In this document: piece after piece, positions 36,893-52,062 of the stretch
Position numbering within the stretch: the first letter of the stretch is position 1
Layout: each line of letters begins with the position of its first letter
Assembly: GCA_951406725.2 (NCBI GenBank)
Contig: OX597815.1
Span: 98,022,001-98,086,000, forward strand
From: Octopus vulgaris
Taxonomy: Eukaryota
DNA: 64,000 nucleotides
Reading direction: 5' to 3'
The notes under the pieces: model-generated
Databases searched by the model: none
Told to the model about the DNA's origin: nothing
Seen by the model: only the letters and a program-made list of their open reading frames with translations
Translations under genes and position numbers: made by a program

Positions 36893-37330
36893 GTGGAGGC
36901 GCAATGGCCTAGTGGTTAGGGCAGCGGACTCACGGTCGTAAGAAGGCGGTGAGCTGGCAGAAACGTTAGCACGACAGGCGAAATGCTTAGCGGTATTTCG
37001 TCTGCCGCTACGTTCTGAGTTCAAATTCCGCCGAGGTCGACTTTGCCTTTCATTCTTTCGGGGTCGATAAATTAAGTACCAATCACGCACTGGGGTCGAT
37101 GTAATCGACTTAATCCGTTTGTCTGTCCTTGTTTGTCCCCTTTATGTTTAGCCCCTTGTGGGCAATAAAGAAATAAGAATACGGTTTTGATTCCCAGACC
37201 AGGCATTGTGAGTGTTTATTGAGCAAAAACACCTAAGCTCCACGAGGCTCCGGCGGGGTTGGGGGTGGGTGAATCCCGCTGTACTCTTTCGCCACAACTT
37301 TCACTCTTTCTTCCTACTTCTGCCACAAAG
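36893..37330 (+). mobile_element. tRNA-derived SINE with a family A SINE (36945-37173) nested in its tRNA head
   Basis: Host A box tggcctagtggttagg before the insert and B-box-like ggttttgattcc after it. TAAGAA duplicated at 36939-36944 and 37174-37179. Confidence 0.85.
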
Positions 37331-38394
37331 CAGAGCAACCATGGTGTAACCCACTATGGTGTGGTAAACTTTCAGATCCTAGTCTAGATTGCGAATCCTC
37401 TGTGCCTCAGGATGGTTCGGCTCTCCACCCATTAAAAGCCAACGTTTACGGAATGAGGATAACAACGTAGCTTTCGCGTATCAGAGCTGATATGAGGCTA
37501 AACTGCAAAAATAACATTACCAACAAAAAGCAGCTACAATAGCATCAAAAACAATTGCAGTTTCAATAGCAACAACAATAACAACACCAGCAACATTTGT
37601 AGCATAAAGAAGAGGAAGAAGCTGTCAATGTTGTAGTTTGCGGTGAAATGTCGAGAGAAATGGGAGAGGCGTTAAACTGATAAAAGGTTAAGATTAATTG
37701 TCCCGACATCATGACACAAGCTGTTTCATCAGCCGTGACATAGTGATTATTTCACTACAACAAACTGCCCGTAAACCAAGTGCAGGCCTGACACTTGACA
37801 GATAAATTGCTTTATATTCCCGATGTAAACAGCAACAATAACAACAGGAACAACAACAATAGCGACGCTAATAGCAGCAATGGCAGCAGCAAAACAACAC
37901 CAAGAACATAAGTAACAGCAAAAGTAGTAAAAAACAAATAAATAATAAATAAATAATTGGAAACGAAGACAACAGGAAGGAAAACAACAAGTCAATCAGG
38001 AGATTGGCATCAGTAGCAGCGTGGACAGGTATTACTGTACATATGCAGCTATAGCAATTGTCTCTCATCATCATCATCAACATCATCATCATCGTCATCG
38101 TCGTTGTCATCATCATCAACATCATTATTATAATTAATATTGGCGCTGTTCTTGCTACTGCCGCTACTTTACTCTGTTTCAACGTTATTTTAAAATGTAA
38201 TCAAATCGAATCACAAAACCGAAGCCGAAGAACTGCCTTTCTTATTTTTCCTTCTGTTTTCGGAGGGGCGGCGGAGTTGAGGTTTGATCGTCCACCAAAC
38301 ACTTGGATAATTTTCGATAATTAGTAGAACCCCCACCCTCCTTCTGCTCTTATTTAATAAATATAATGGCTGTAATTAAACTTAAAATAAATAC

Positions 38395-38785
38395 TCTTTT
38401 ACTTGTTTCAGTCATCTGACCGTGGCCATACTGGAGTACCGCCTTTAGTCGAGCAAATCGACCCCAGAACTTATTCTTTGTAAGCCTAGTACTTATTATA
38501 CCGTTCTCTTTTGCCGAACCGCTAAGTTACGGGGACGTAAACACACCAGCTTCGGTTGTCAAGCGATGTTGGGGGGATAAATACAGACACATAAACACAC
38601 ATACATATATATATATATACATATATACGACGGGCTTCTTTCAGTTTCCGTCTACCAAATCCACTCACAAGGCTTTGGTCGGCCCGAGGCTGTAGTAGAA
38701 GACACTTGCTCAAGGTGTCACACAGTGGGACTGAGCCCGAAGCCACGTGGTTTGTAAGCAAGCTACTTACCACACAGTCACTCCT
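38395..38785 (-). mobile_element. SINE family B, near full length
   Basis: Matches 26745-27127 plus 27983-28015. Confidence 0.9.
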
Positions 38786-38924
38786 AATTTCATGATTTAA
38801 CTTTTAAAGTTTCATTGTTTCCTAAGATGATTAAAATATATTTAATACAATAATTGATATCGTTTATTGATAGATATCAATAGGAAGAATTAATATAGCA
38901 TGCATTGTTTAGTAGTTTAGAAGT

Positions 38925-40010
38925 TTAGTGGGGTAACCTTTGTTGCTGATGACCAACAGCGAGTTTTTCAATTTTTAGTTCCAAATCTGATAAATGAAAT
39001 TATTAACCTCTACGTGGTACAACTATTTTCGGCTCTCTATTCTTTGTCAGAAAATGGGTTACTGACTTAAAAACTTTATCGTCAACATAGGATGACAGAA
39101 ATTATATAAATTGGCTTGCTTTCAATGCTCACTAAAGGATATTTTGTACTGCGTTGTAACCAAATTTCATACAAAATTTGATTTTCAAAAATCAGCTTTG
39201 CATATTTGACGTTTTATAGCTCCATTACGGTCTCCTGCAATTCAAATATTTTGTTATATTTTCCACACAAATAGCTTTTATTTATTCACTCAAGAATAAT
39301 CAAATAAATGATTTCATTATATGCTATCTCAAGCTCATCCTTCACTTGATTTAGATGCGCATAGTGAATCCTCAGAGGGTCATCTGTAAATAATTATGAA
39401 ATGCTGTTCATAGATGCGATGTGATATATTTCTCTTCTGACAAGATTTTGCTTGTACAATTTAATTTTACTCATAAAGCAATTGGTTGCATTCTGGTTTG
39501 TATTAAATTAAAATTTTTCCGTCACAGTTACAAAATCAGGTTGTTCATAGTTTCATAAATACCAGTTATGTGAGTGGCTTCTTCAGGAATATGAGGAATA
39601 TTTTTTTCTCCTTGATCATCATGCTTTACAAATAGAATTTCAATGACAGTTATTTTAAAGCAGAAAGAATTCTTTCACAGAAAGCCATTTTAGTGTATTA
39701 CAGTGTAATGAAATAGCCTGGCAAAATGTTGCATAAATCTATTTGCATAACCCATAGAATAACCTGCTGTTTAAGAACCAACTTTGATTTTATAAACAGC
39801 AAAACTTACTAAGGCAAATGATGAAAACTGTCGCTCACTAAATCATTTGGACATATGTTGATGATGGATCACATAGTAAATTGTGAGTAGATTAAATATG
39901 ACAGCAGACCAGTGTGGTACCCTGACATACATGGAGCACCATCAGTCGCATATGGTATCATTACTGAAAAGGATGTTATTATTTTACAAATATATTTTAT
40001 ATTCGTGATA
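38925..40010 (-). pseudogene. Highly decayed hAT transposase (Buster/Charlie/ZBED5-like)
   Basis: Ordered motifs on the minus strand: ATDGAPCMSG, IHHQH, NSRLFYGLCK, LHCNTLKWLS, W...TKYPLVS, FLTKNR, LSDLELKIEKLAVGHQQQRLPH*. Not captured by the ORF track. Confidence 0.8.
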
Positions 40011-40079
40011 TGGAGTGACCCCTGCCCAAAACATAACAAATAAAATAAAGAAAATAAAGAAAGAAAATATCGTTTGAGG

Positions 40080-40480
40080 AACGTTATAACGGTAAAAAGC
40101 TTGGTACAGTCGAGAATGTTGATGGTAAGACAGACTCTAACACAGGGGCGAGGAACATATAAGCGGGAGAGATGAGCAAGGGTTTGAAATTCTAATGAGA
40201 CTTCATGATCATGGAGCCATCCTCTAGCTGTGTCTCACCTTAGTGGCATGGACATAAATGGACAAGAGGTGAAATGCAGAAAGCCAAGGTGTTACATTTG
40301 CATTAACAACTTGAGATGTTTCATCTTCGAGGAACTGCAATGACCGGGGTAAAAAGGAGTGTGGTCGAAATGAGCAGGCACCGGTTTCTGCTATCTTTAA
40401 TTCATCCTCAGTTGCATCACCGTTTGTAGTAGCAGGCATGTCGGACAACTCAGCACCGCCAGTAACCACAGAGGAAGAAG
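40080..40480 (+). mobile_element. Possible L1/Tx1 ORF1 zinc-knuckle remnant
   Basis: 'RKPRCYIC' followed after a frameshift by 'H..SRNC', CCHC-like. Confidence 0.3.
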
Positions 40481-41232
40481 CAGGAAAGACTAAACCATCG
40501 AAACCCCATCATAGCAATACCAGATCATCAACGTTCATGGATGGAAATCAAAAAGAGACTGACGGTCTCTGTCGGTCGGTTTCGAAGAAGAAAAGAAAAG
40601 AAACAAAAACCTGACCAATCTGAAAGTTTCTAGAGAGAGGAAGACAACTAGGACTCATAATAGTTCATGGTTGCGAGAAATGACAGCAGCGAACTTTTGA
40701 AATTTTCTGAGTCAGAGAAGAATTATTCATAAATATATAGACGAAGTGAGAGTTCAAGAATGGAAGCAGAGAGAAGCCGAAAGAGGTCGTTTAGATTAAG
40801 ATCAGAGAAGAAATTTAAGAATCTGTAAATTACTTTCGCATAGAAAATGGGGGATCTTTTAAGGTAAATTCTTTCTCCTCAAAGAAGTGCTAACAGATGC
40901 TTTTGATGATCTCAGCACCAATATAATTCTCATGACCAGATGTTCCAATACCTTCGGACAAAAATATTGCGGACAAGAAACTAGAAATATTCTCGAAATG
41001 TGTCATTTAACAGTAAACATATCATGAATGTAGGATGCCCAGCAGCAAAAAATGCAAGTTGAACTAGTTATTATAGGAGTATTAGGCTCAATCTCGACTA
41101 AAATTTATCATGGTACCAAGAACGCTTGTATATCAATCAGATTTGTGACCTTCATTAAGATTTCCCAGTTAACATGAAGAATAAAAAAAAAACACCCAAC
41201 ACCAGTATTTTATATCCATACTTTGAAATGAA

Positions 41233-43880
<2,648 letters not shown>

Positions 43881-44539
43881 AAAAAGCTAAAAAAATTTAA
43901 ATAGACACCATTCAATACAAGCATAAAAATTAGACAAAAAGGAAAATAGTTTGAAATATAATGAAATCAATTTGGCAACGAACGAACATTATGGAAGCTA
44001 AACAGCATCACTAATTTTATCATAGCTGAAGAACTACGACTACGACTGCAAGAATAACATAACAGGCAACCACAAATATGAATGACTTCCTAACCAGAAA
44101 TCCTGCTAAAAAAAGAAAAATACACACATACGCTCATACATATATACAAATACATAAAGTCACAGGTACATAGCTAGAGACACTGGGGGGTAGACAATAC
44201 GAACTTATATAAATACGCACAGATATTTACCTGTTACAAAATGAATACTGAACAAGTAGATAGAACACAATACCTCTGGCAGTGTTAGACGTGATTTTTA
44301 TATCGTACTTAAGATATCGCACATGCTACTTAAGTTTCATGGATGGGCCATCTGCACACCGTCACAATTTCAATATTCCATTTCAAGTGTAGATACATCT
44401 CTTAACATTTCTGCAGGTATAACAAGTATAACAAGTATATGAAAGAATGATACATAGCGAGAAGTAATGAGAATAGAGATGGCAATGAAAGGGTATAATT
44501 TCCATACATCTAAGTTGAGCTATCGCTGTGGGTGTGCGA

Positions 44540-44646
44540 TTGTTTCTGAGTGTGTGTATGTGTACACTTGCACATACACACGCGCTCTTATAGGCATACA
44601 TATGTAAATGCATATATACACACACATATGTACGTATATACATATA

Positions 44647-44705
<59 letters not shown>

Positions 44706-44905
44706 ATATGTATATATGTATGTATGTATATATATATGCATGCAAATACATACAAACATAATGTAAGTATGTGTATGAGTGTGTGTATGTGTGTGTGTGT
44801 GTGTGCGACTCTGTGTGTGTGTACACTTACACATACACACGCGACTCTTATAGGCATGCATATGTAAATGCATTTATACATATATGTTTGTATATACATA
44901 TATGC

Positions 44906-44938
<33 letters not shown>

Positions 44939-44988
44939 TAGGCATACATATGTAAATGCATTTATATATATATATTTATATATATATA

Positions 44989-45000
<12 letters not shown>
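44540..45000. repeat. Local tandem duplication with embedded (TA)n
   Basis: tgtacactt.cacatacacacgcg.ctcttataggcat.catatgtaaatgcat at ~44560 and ~44820, partial third copy at ~44938. Confidence 0.8.
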
Positions 45001-45079
<79 letters not shown>

Positions 45080-46402
45080 ATATATATATATGCATGCATA
45101 TACATACAAACATACATGTGAGTATGTGTGTGTGTGTGTGTATGCGTGTGTGTGTGTGTGTTATGTATGCGTGTGATATTAATTATTGACTGACAAGAAT
45201 TATGTGACCAACTTTATAAACTTCCATCTCCCGCTATAAGAAACAATGCTCTCAGAGCTGAGTAAAATCTACAAAAAGTGAGCTACCAAGTCTTCTGAGC
45301 CCAAGCCACGTAGGAACCCATCAGTCAACAAAAGGGAACTGTAAAATGAGCTGGGTATACTATGCCTGAAAAAGACTAGAGGGATGTTTCGGAAAGCAAA
45401 CAAATGAAGAGTAAAAGACAATCGCTGATCTCCTGGCGAATAATGGCTGAAAATAACTGAGAGTGATAGAGAAGACATCGGAAAGAAAAAAGAAAGCAAA
45501 GCACATAACAGAATGCACTGGAATGCATTGGAATACAAAAACGGATCATGATAATGAGGTTAATATGCAGTTGCGTATATGTATGTATGAATGTTTGAAT
45601 GTATGTATGTATGCAGATATGTGTTTGGGGATATATATACACTTTTACAGAGGAAGTGAGAAAAAGCAAGATAAAGAAAGAAGAGAGGGGAGGGAGAAAC
45701 AGTGAGAGAAAGAGAAAGAGTAATAGAGGAGAAATTACATTTCAAAATTCCAGACGTAGGAATAATTTGGTACGGCATAGCAAAATATCATTCATGCACA
45801 CAACGTTTGAATTTCGTCTTTGGTTTTTCTAAAATGTATACTCTGTCAAGTTGACAAAGCCAACTTTGGCCTAATTGACCAAGCTAACATCAAATTGACC
45901 AATGAAGTTTGTTTTTTCGTTCATAGTTTTTAGACAATAGAAATCTCTTTACGTATATTATCATGTCGATATCGTTGGTAAGGATGTTGCTGTATTTATT
46001 TCCAAATATCAACACTGGAGTCAAAAGTGGTTTAGGAATTCACAGATATCACCCAAAGACGTTGAATTCACAGAACTAGCATTCATTTTTTATTTAAGAT
46101 AGAACGAAAACAGACAACTGCCGTAAATTTATACTTTTCCAAGTTTCAGATGAAAAGCTATCCATCTGTCTGTTTGTCTGTCTGCTGTCTGTAAGTGTGC
46201 CTATCAAGCCATCTTTCTTTTTCTCTCTCTCTCTCTCGCTCTCTCTCTCTTTATAAACACACATACATACATATATATATAAGTATATACATATATATAT
46301 ACATATATATATACATATATATAAATTATATACATATATATATACATGAATATACATATGTATACATACATATATGTATATATGTATGTGTATATATATA
46401 TG

Positions 46403-46451
<49 letters not shown>

Positions 46452-46454
<3 letters not shown>

Positions 46455-47585
46455 GAAAAATGAAGTTCGAAAATGCTGCTATATTATACAATTTTTAATT
46501 TTTATATATACATTATAACATGTTTCAGTTCCTGAAATGAACCTTATCAAAAAAAGTTATATATAAAAAAAGACAGCTCATGCCGTCAAACACAAGAAAT
46601 TCATTTATAATACACAACGGAGTCAGACATCTTAGAGTTCATGTATAGTTGATATATAGTTTGAAGTAAGTTCATTCATGCTATATGTTCAAAGTGTTCG
46701 ATGCAGTGGCCCACGGTGGCGATACGTATTCAATACAAAAAACAGATCAAAGTGGTGGAAAGCAGTCAATACAGAAGATTGATGTTTCCGAAAGAGCGAG
46801 GAATTCATTTTTACCTTAAGCAATTGTGATGACCCATGATGGGTGTTCGCTGGGTGGTTCTAGTGAGTCTTGTGAATTGCTCGGTTTTATAATGCCTGTT
46901 AGGTGGTCAGTCCAGCGTAGCGTGACGTCATCAACGTTTTGACCAATCGTTTCGTTAGGTGGCTTTAGTCAAGCAGAACGGGACGTCATCATCATTTTGA
47001 CCAATCGCTGTATTATAACTGCCTCTTGTCCGTTTCCTGTTTTGACCAGTCGCTTCGTTAGGTGGCTTAGTCAAGCAGAACGGGACGTCATCCAGATTCT
47101 GCCCAATCACGACTTATAGCTACATTAGATCTGCCCCCTGTCTGTACTTGTTAGGTGACTAGTCAAGCAGAAAAGGACGTCATCAATATTCTGACTAATG
47201 ACTGTCCCCTGTTTGTATCCTGTCCATTCTAGTAGAACTAGACGTCATCAATGTGTTGACCAATCAGAATCGGGTCTGACCCTTAGCTGTATCGTATGTA
47301 TCAGGGTCAGATTTGCACGAAAGAATTTTTTTCCCTTTTTTACTAAGGCATATTTCCGTCAGTGCGAGTGTCTGTTTAAGGTAGCGGCCGTGGTGGAATT
47401 TTGCTTCTCCTTTTCGGAGGACTTATCTTTTGTTTTAGTATTCCTGGCCCAGGGTGTTTAAACTTGGTCTAAATTTTTTTATGAAATATAGTTCTTTATT
47501 TTGGCGTTGTGTGAAGGTTGCGTTGTCACTGAATTTATAGAGCGGGTTAGTTGTAAATTTCGGATTTACATTTCCAGCACATCTA
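46452..47585 (-). mobile_element. 5'-truncated PLE: GIY-YIG C-terminus, repeat-rich 3' UTR and variant hammerhead
   Basis: 'IDRCAGNVNPKFTTNPLYKF...RQNKELYFIKKFRPSLN' fits the PLE endonuclease end (RxxxExxFIxxFxPxLN). Both ends lie in TA-type microsatellite. Confidence 0.75.
46499..46569 (-). ncRNA. Variant or degenerate hammerhead (U3-A8 core)
   Basis: UUGAUAA gguuc-auuucag-gaacu GAAA caug UU, with a long but imperfect AU-rich stem I. Confidence 0.5.
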
Positions 47586-47589
47586 TCTA

Positions 47590-47625
<36 letters not shown>

Positions 47626-47631
47626 TGTATG

Positions 47632-47662
<31 letters not shown>

Positions 47663-47749
47663 GAGTTTGGTGTCATTATTTCTAGCCGAGCAGTTAGTCT
47701 GTGCTGATGAAGGGGAATAACCCAGATACAATTTGCACTCATATATTCG

Positions 47750-47880
47750 TTTTTACTCTAGACACAAGGCCCAGAATTGTGGAGGAAGGGGCCGGTGGAT
47801 TAGATCCAGTACACAACTGATAGTTAATTTATCGACCCCGAAAGGATGAAAAGCAAAGTCGACCTCGGCGGAATTTGAAA
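47750..47880 (-). mobile_element. SINE family A fragment
   Basis: atcgaccccgaaaggatgaaaagcaaagtcgacctcggcggaatttgaa. Confidence 0.85.
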
Positions 47881-48276
47881 TTTGTACAAAGATATTGCTT
47901 TAGAGCTGAGTTGAGACATTGAACCCCCTTGCTCAAAAATATAAGGACGCTGATAGTGCGTCGATAGCACTGCCACATTATGTGGGCAAATAATCTTTAC
48001 TCTAGAGTACTGTTACTGAAAGTTTCTCGCTCAGAGATTTAGAAATAATAATCTTTATATATATAATAATAAACAGTTATTAACTTCCTACTCTCCATTT
48101 TCTTTTCTACTTATAAATGAATAGAAACTATATGCTTTATACATATCTATTGTTTCAAGGGAGTTTCATTCCCCCAAAATACTAGCTACTGAACCAGGAT
48201 TTTCCTTGGATGCAACTATCCCTTCACGAGGTTTACATATCCTCTAATTAAATTTATATGTCTGTGTGTGTGAGTG

Positions 48277-48315
<39 letters not shown>

Positions 48316-48379
48316 AAGAGGATTATTTTATAACTTATAATTTTATAAACCGTAACGCAATTTCATTAAACACAAGAAC

Positions 48380-49269
48380 AAAAGTAAAGATAGGACCGCA
48401 GCTGGAAGTGCTGAGGTGACACCGAGGGGAAAGGTATAATGAATAAACATTCGAATCAATCAAAACAGCTTTATATCATTCACAAATTATCAAAAATCGA
48501 ATATAAATATGTATTAAAGCAACAGGGCACCCAACAGTATAAAATATGCATTTATACACGAATAAAAGGTGATAAAACCTAAAAGGGTAATATGAGTGAA
48601 GTCGAACGAAGAAAAATATATGGAATAAATTAATGCATAATAAAGGCGACTAAAAATTTCAAGCAATGGAGCTAAAATAATATAGATATAAATATATAAA
48701 AAATATATATAAATAGAAAAAATAAAGTGTAAGATAACCAGAAAAGAGTCCATTCAAGCCCAACTGTACGATCGTTTCAAAGGATGCTGCTTAACAGCGT
48801 TAATGTAAAATCCATTGAGGCAATCCAACGGCAACACCTTTTCATCAGGAGAAAACTTACAAAGGCTTCACATTTCTGGTTATTACATTGCATCTATTGA
48901 AGCAACGACCTTTGAAACGATCGTAGAGATAGGCTTGAATGGACTCTGTTCTGGTTACCATACATCTTATTTTTTTATATTTATACTGTTGTATTTTGAT
49001 ATATTTATATTTATATTTCAGCGCCATTAAATTTGTAGTCGCCTTTAATATGCATTAATTTATTCCATATATTTTTCTTCATTCAGCTTCACTCATATTA
49101 CCCTTTTAGGTTTTAACACCTTTTATTCGTGTATGTGTGCATATTTTATACTGTCGGGTTTTACCATTGGGTGCCCTATTATTTTAATATATATTTATAT
49201 TTGATTTATAATTTGGGAATGATATAAAGCTGTTTTGACCGATTAGAACGTGTATCCATTATAGCTTTC
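48380..49269. mobile_element. Large inverted-repeat pLTR-type element with a hammerhead
   Basis: About 380-bp diverged arms (48429-48808 / 48882-49269). Right end abuts (TA)n. Hammerhead core at the centre. Confidence 0.8.
48762..48853 (-). ncRNA. Type I hammerhead with a long stem II insertion (stem I damaged in this arm)
   Basis: uucuc CUGAUGA aaagg-(53 nt)-ccuuu GAAA cgaucg UA caguu. The other arm keeps the matching GAAA cgaucg UA gagau (48914-48930). Confidence 0.7.
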
Positions 49270-49419
49270 AATATATATATATATTTGTGTGTGTGTGTAT
49301 GTATATGTATATATGTATGTATGTATGCATGTATGTATGTATGTATGTATGTATGTATATATAAGGGAAAATGAAAGAAGCTAAATCGCCTTTACAAGAT
49401 ATGTATATATATATATATT

Positions 49420-49629
49420 CTTTGCTCTTTTGTTTCAGTTGTTGGACTGTGACCATGTGGGGGCAACGCCTTGAAAGGTTTAGTCGAGTAAATCTAGCCC
49501 AGTACTTAACTTTGAAGCCTTGTACTTATTTCATCGATCCCTTTTGCCGAAAGGTTCGGTTAAGTGGACGTAAACAAACCAACACCGGTTGCCAAGTGAT
49601 TGTGGTGTGGGACAAACACAAGCACCAAA

Positions 49630-49664
<35 letters not shown>

Positions 49665-49803
49665 GAATTTGTTTCCCAGCCACATTGTTTTGGGGTTCAG
49701 TCCCACTGCTTGGCATCTTGGACACGTGGTCTCTAATATAGCCTCGGCCCGACCAAAGCCTTGTAAATGGATTTGGTAGACGGAAACTGAAAGAAGCCCG
49801 TTG

Positions 49804-49861
<58 letters not shown>

Positions 49862-49872
49862 CATATATGTAT

Positions 49873-49918
<46 letters not shown>

Positions 49919-50045
49919 GACGGATTTTTTCTTCAGTTTCAGTCAACAAAATCTACACTGAAGACATTGGGCGGCCCAAAGCTATAATTCGGTGGTACTG
50001 AATATTGAACCATGTGGTTGACAAGCAAAATTCTTACTACACAGA
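49420..50045. mobile_element. Rearranged SINE family B pieces in mixed orientation
   Basis: Minus 3' half 49420-49660, plus 5' half 49665-49805, minus 5' half 49915-50045. Confidence 0.75.
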
Positions 50046-50819
50046 CACGTCTGTGTGTGTGTGTGTGTGTGTGTTTATCAGTGTATAGAGATACACACAA
50101 TACACAGACGTACATTCACACACGCGCGCGCACACACAAATACACAGGTGCGCGCACACATATGCATATATGTATATATATATAAACAACGAGTCACGTA
50201 TTATTTTCAAGCTTTTCAGAGTGTTTATCAATTAAATGATTGAAATAAAGAACGTCCTTTAAATGCAACAGCAACTACAACAAACAACAACATCAACAAT
50301 GATGCACAATTATTCTCTTCCACCTCCTCTTCCTCCTACCCTCTCTCCTCGTTTTTCTTCTTCTGCTTTTTACTGTAAAGATGAGAAAAAAAAATAGGGC
50401 AATTTAATAATGCTAAAAGATTAAGTGTTTATTTCTATCTCTCCTCTATTCGTTATTTTGAGCGGCGGCGTGGATCCCAATTGTTAGGTGAGTAGGGTGG
50501 ATGTGCGTGCGTGTGTATTGATGAAATAATAATATCTTAAGAAGGTACATAGTCACTCAAATACAGATATATACAAAGATACACGCGCACACGTATGCAC
50601 ATACGCGCACAGTGGATATGCATGCACATCCACCCGCACACACTAACTCACGCACTCGTATATGAAATGACACTCAATTATATACGCAAACGCTTCCTCA
50701 CACATATGTATGCATGTATGTATATATGTATGTATGCATCTATGTATGTATGTATGCATAATGTATATATGCAGTAAGATGTATGTATGTAGGAATATAT
50801 ATATTCATACATATATATA

Positions 50820-50876
<57 letters not shown>

Positions 50877-50924
50877 ACACACATAAACAGGTATGTATAC
50901 ATATATACGTACACATAGACACTC

Positions 50925-50965
<41 letters not shown>

Positions 50966-51103
50966 AAGAGAGATACAGAGACAGACAAACAGACAATAGA
51001 CAGCGAGCGAGAGACCTACACACGCACGCACACACATACACATATATATATATTTGTGTTTGTATAAACAAATACGTGCATCCAAACATACACGTATATT
51101 TGC

Positions 51104-51134
<31 letters not shown>

Positions 51135-51837
51135 CATATATACATACATATATACATACATGCATACATGCATGCATACATGCATACATACACACATGCA
51201 TAAGCGTATAATATGCGTTTGATTGCATATGTGTATGTATGTCTAAGAAATTATGTATGTGTATACGTGTACATATAAGGGTGTTATTTTTTTGTGTTAA
51301 TAATTGTAATTGTGTGTATGTGTGACTTTTCATATATATTTATGCCTTCATGTATGTGTGTTTGTGCATATATAGTTTCTGCATGTCTGTGTTTGCGCTA
51401 TTAGTGTAAGTTTTAGAAATCTTTTAAAAATTTACTTTTAACTGTGTATGTTTGTATGTTCGTGACAATAAACGCATGTGTGTGTGTTTGCATGTGTGTG
51501 CGCGTGTACATATTTTTTTTTTATTCTTTGATTTTCAAATAAAAAAATTCATTCATTGCCCCATAATAAAATGAAAAAGTCTAAATGGAAATTTGCAATA
51601 AATTGAGAAAATAGAGTATTTTTCATGTTTTTTTATTACCTAAAACAGATTTGTTTACGAAGAAAACTGAATTTGAAAAGATGAAGGAGAATATCAACAA
51701 ATAACATAATAAAATATTTCATAAAAACACTAGAATAGTAATACATATAAAGATAAAACGTTAAAAAGTAAAGTCTAAATGTTATGATAAACGCAAATTA
51801 AAAGATATGTAACATAATAATAATAATAATAATAATA

Positions 51838-51935
<98 letters not shown>

Positions 51936-52027
51936 GTATGTATACGTATATATACATATATGTATGAACATATATATATATATATATATAATATATATAT
52001 ACTAGAGAGAGAAAATAGACATATATG

Positions 52028-52062
<35 letters not shown>

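Noticed and set aside
36893-36945. Functional tRNA genes at SINE heads
   Set aside because: A/B boxes continue into SINE bodies and no complete cloverleaf is present.
37410-37440. Resemblance to an LSU rRNA segment (ggttcggct..cccattaaa)
   Set aside because: Too short, mismatched and with no flanking rRNA similarity.
39818-39925. C/D box snoRNA (ATGATGA...CTGA)
   Set aside because: No terminal stem, and the region is explained as antisense hAT transposase sequence.
46898-47265. CRISPR-like repeat-spacer array, or hammerhead repeats (TGATGA..GAAAC)
   Set aside because: Eukaryotic context, degenerate repeats, irregular spacers and no cas genes; stem I does not form for the hammerhead reading.
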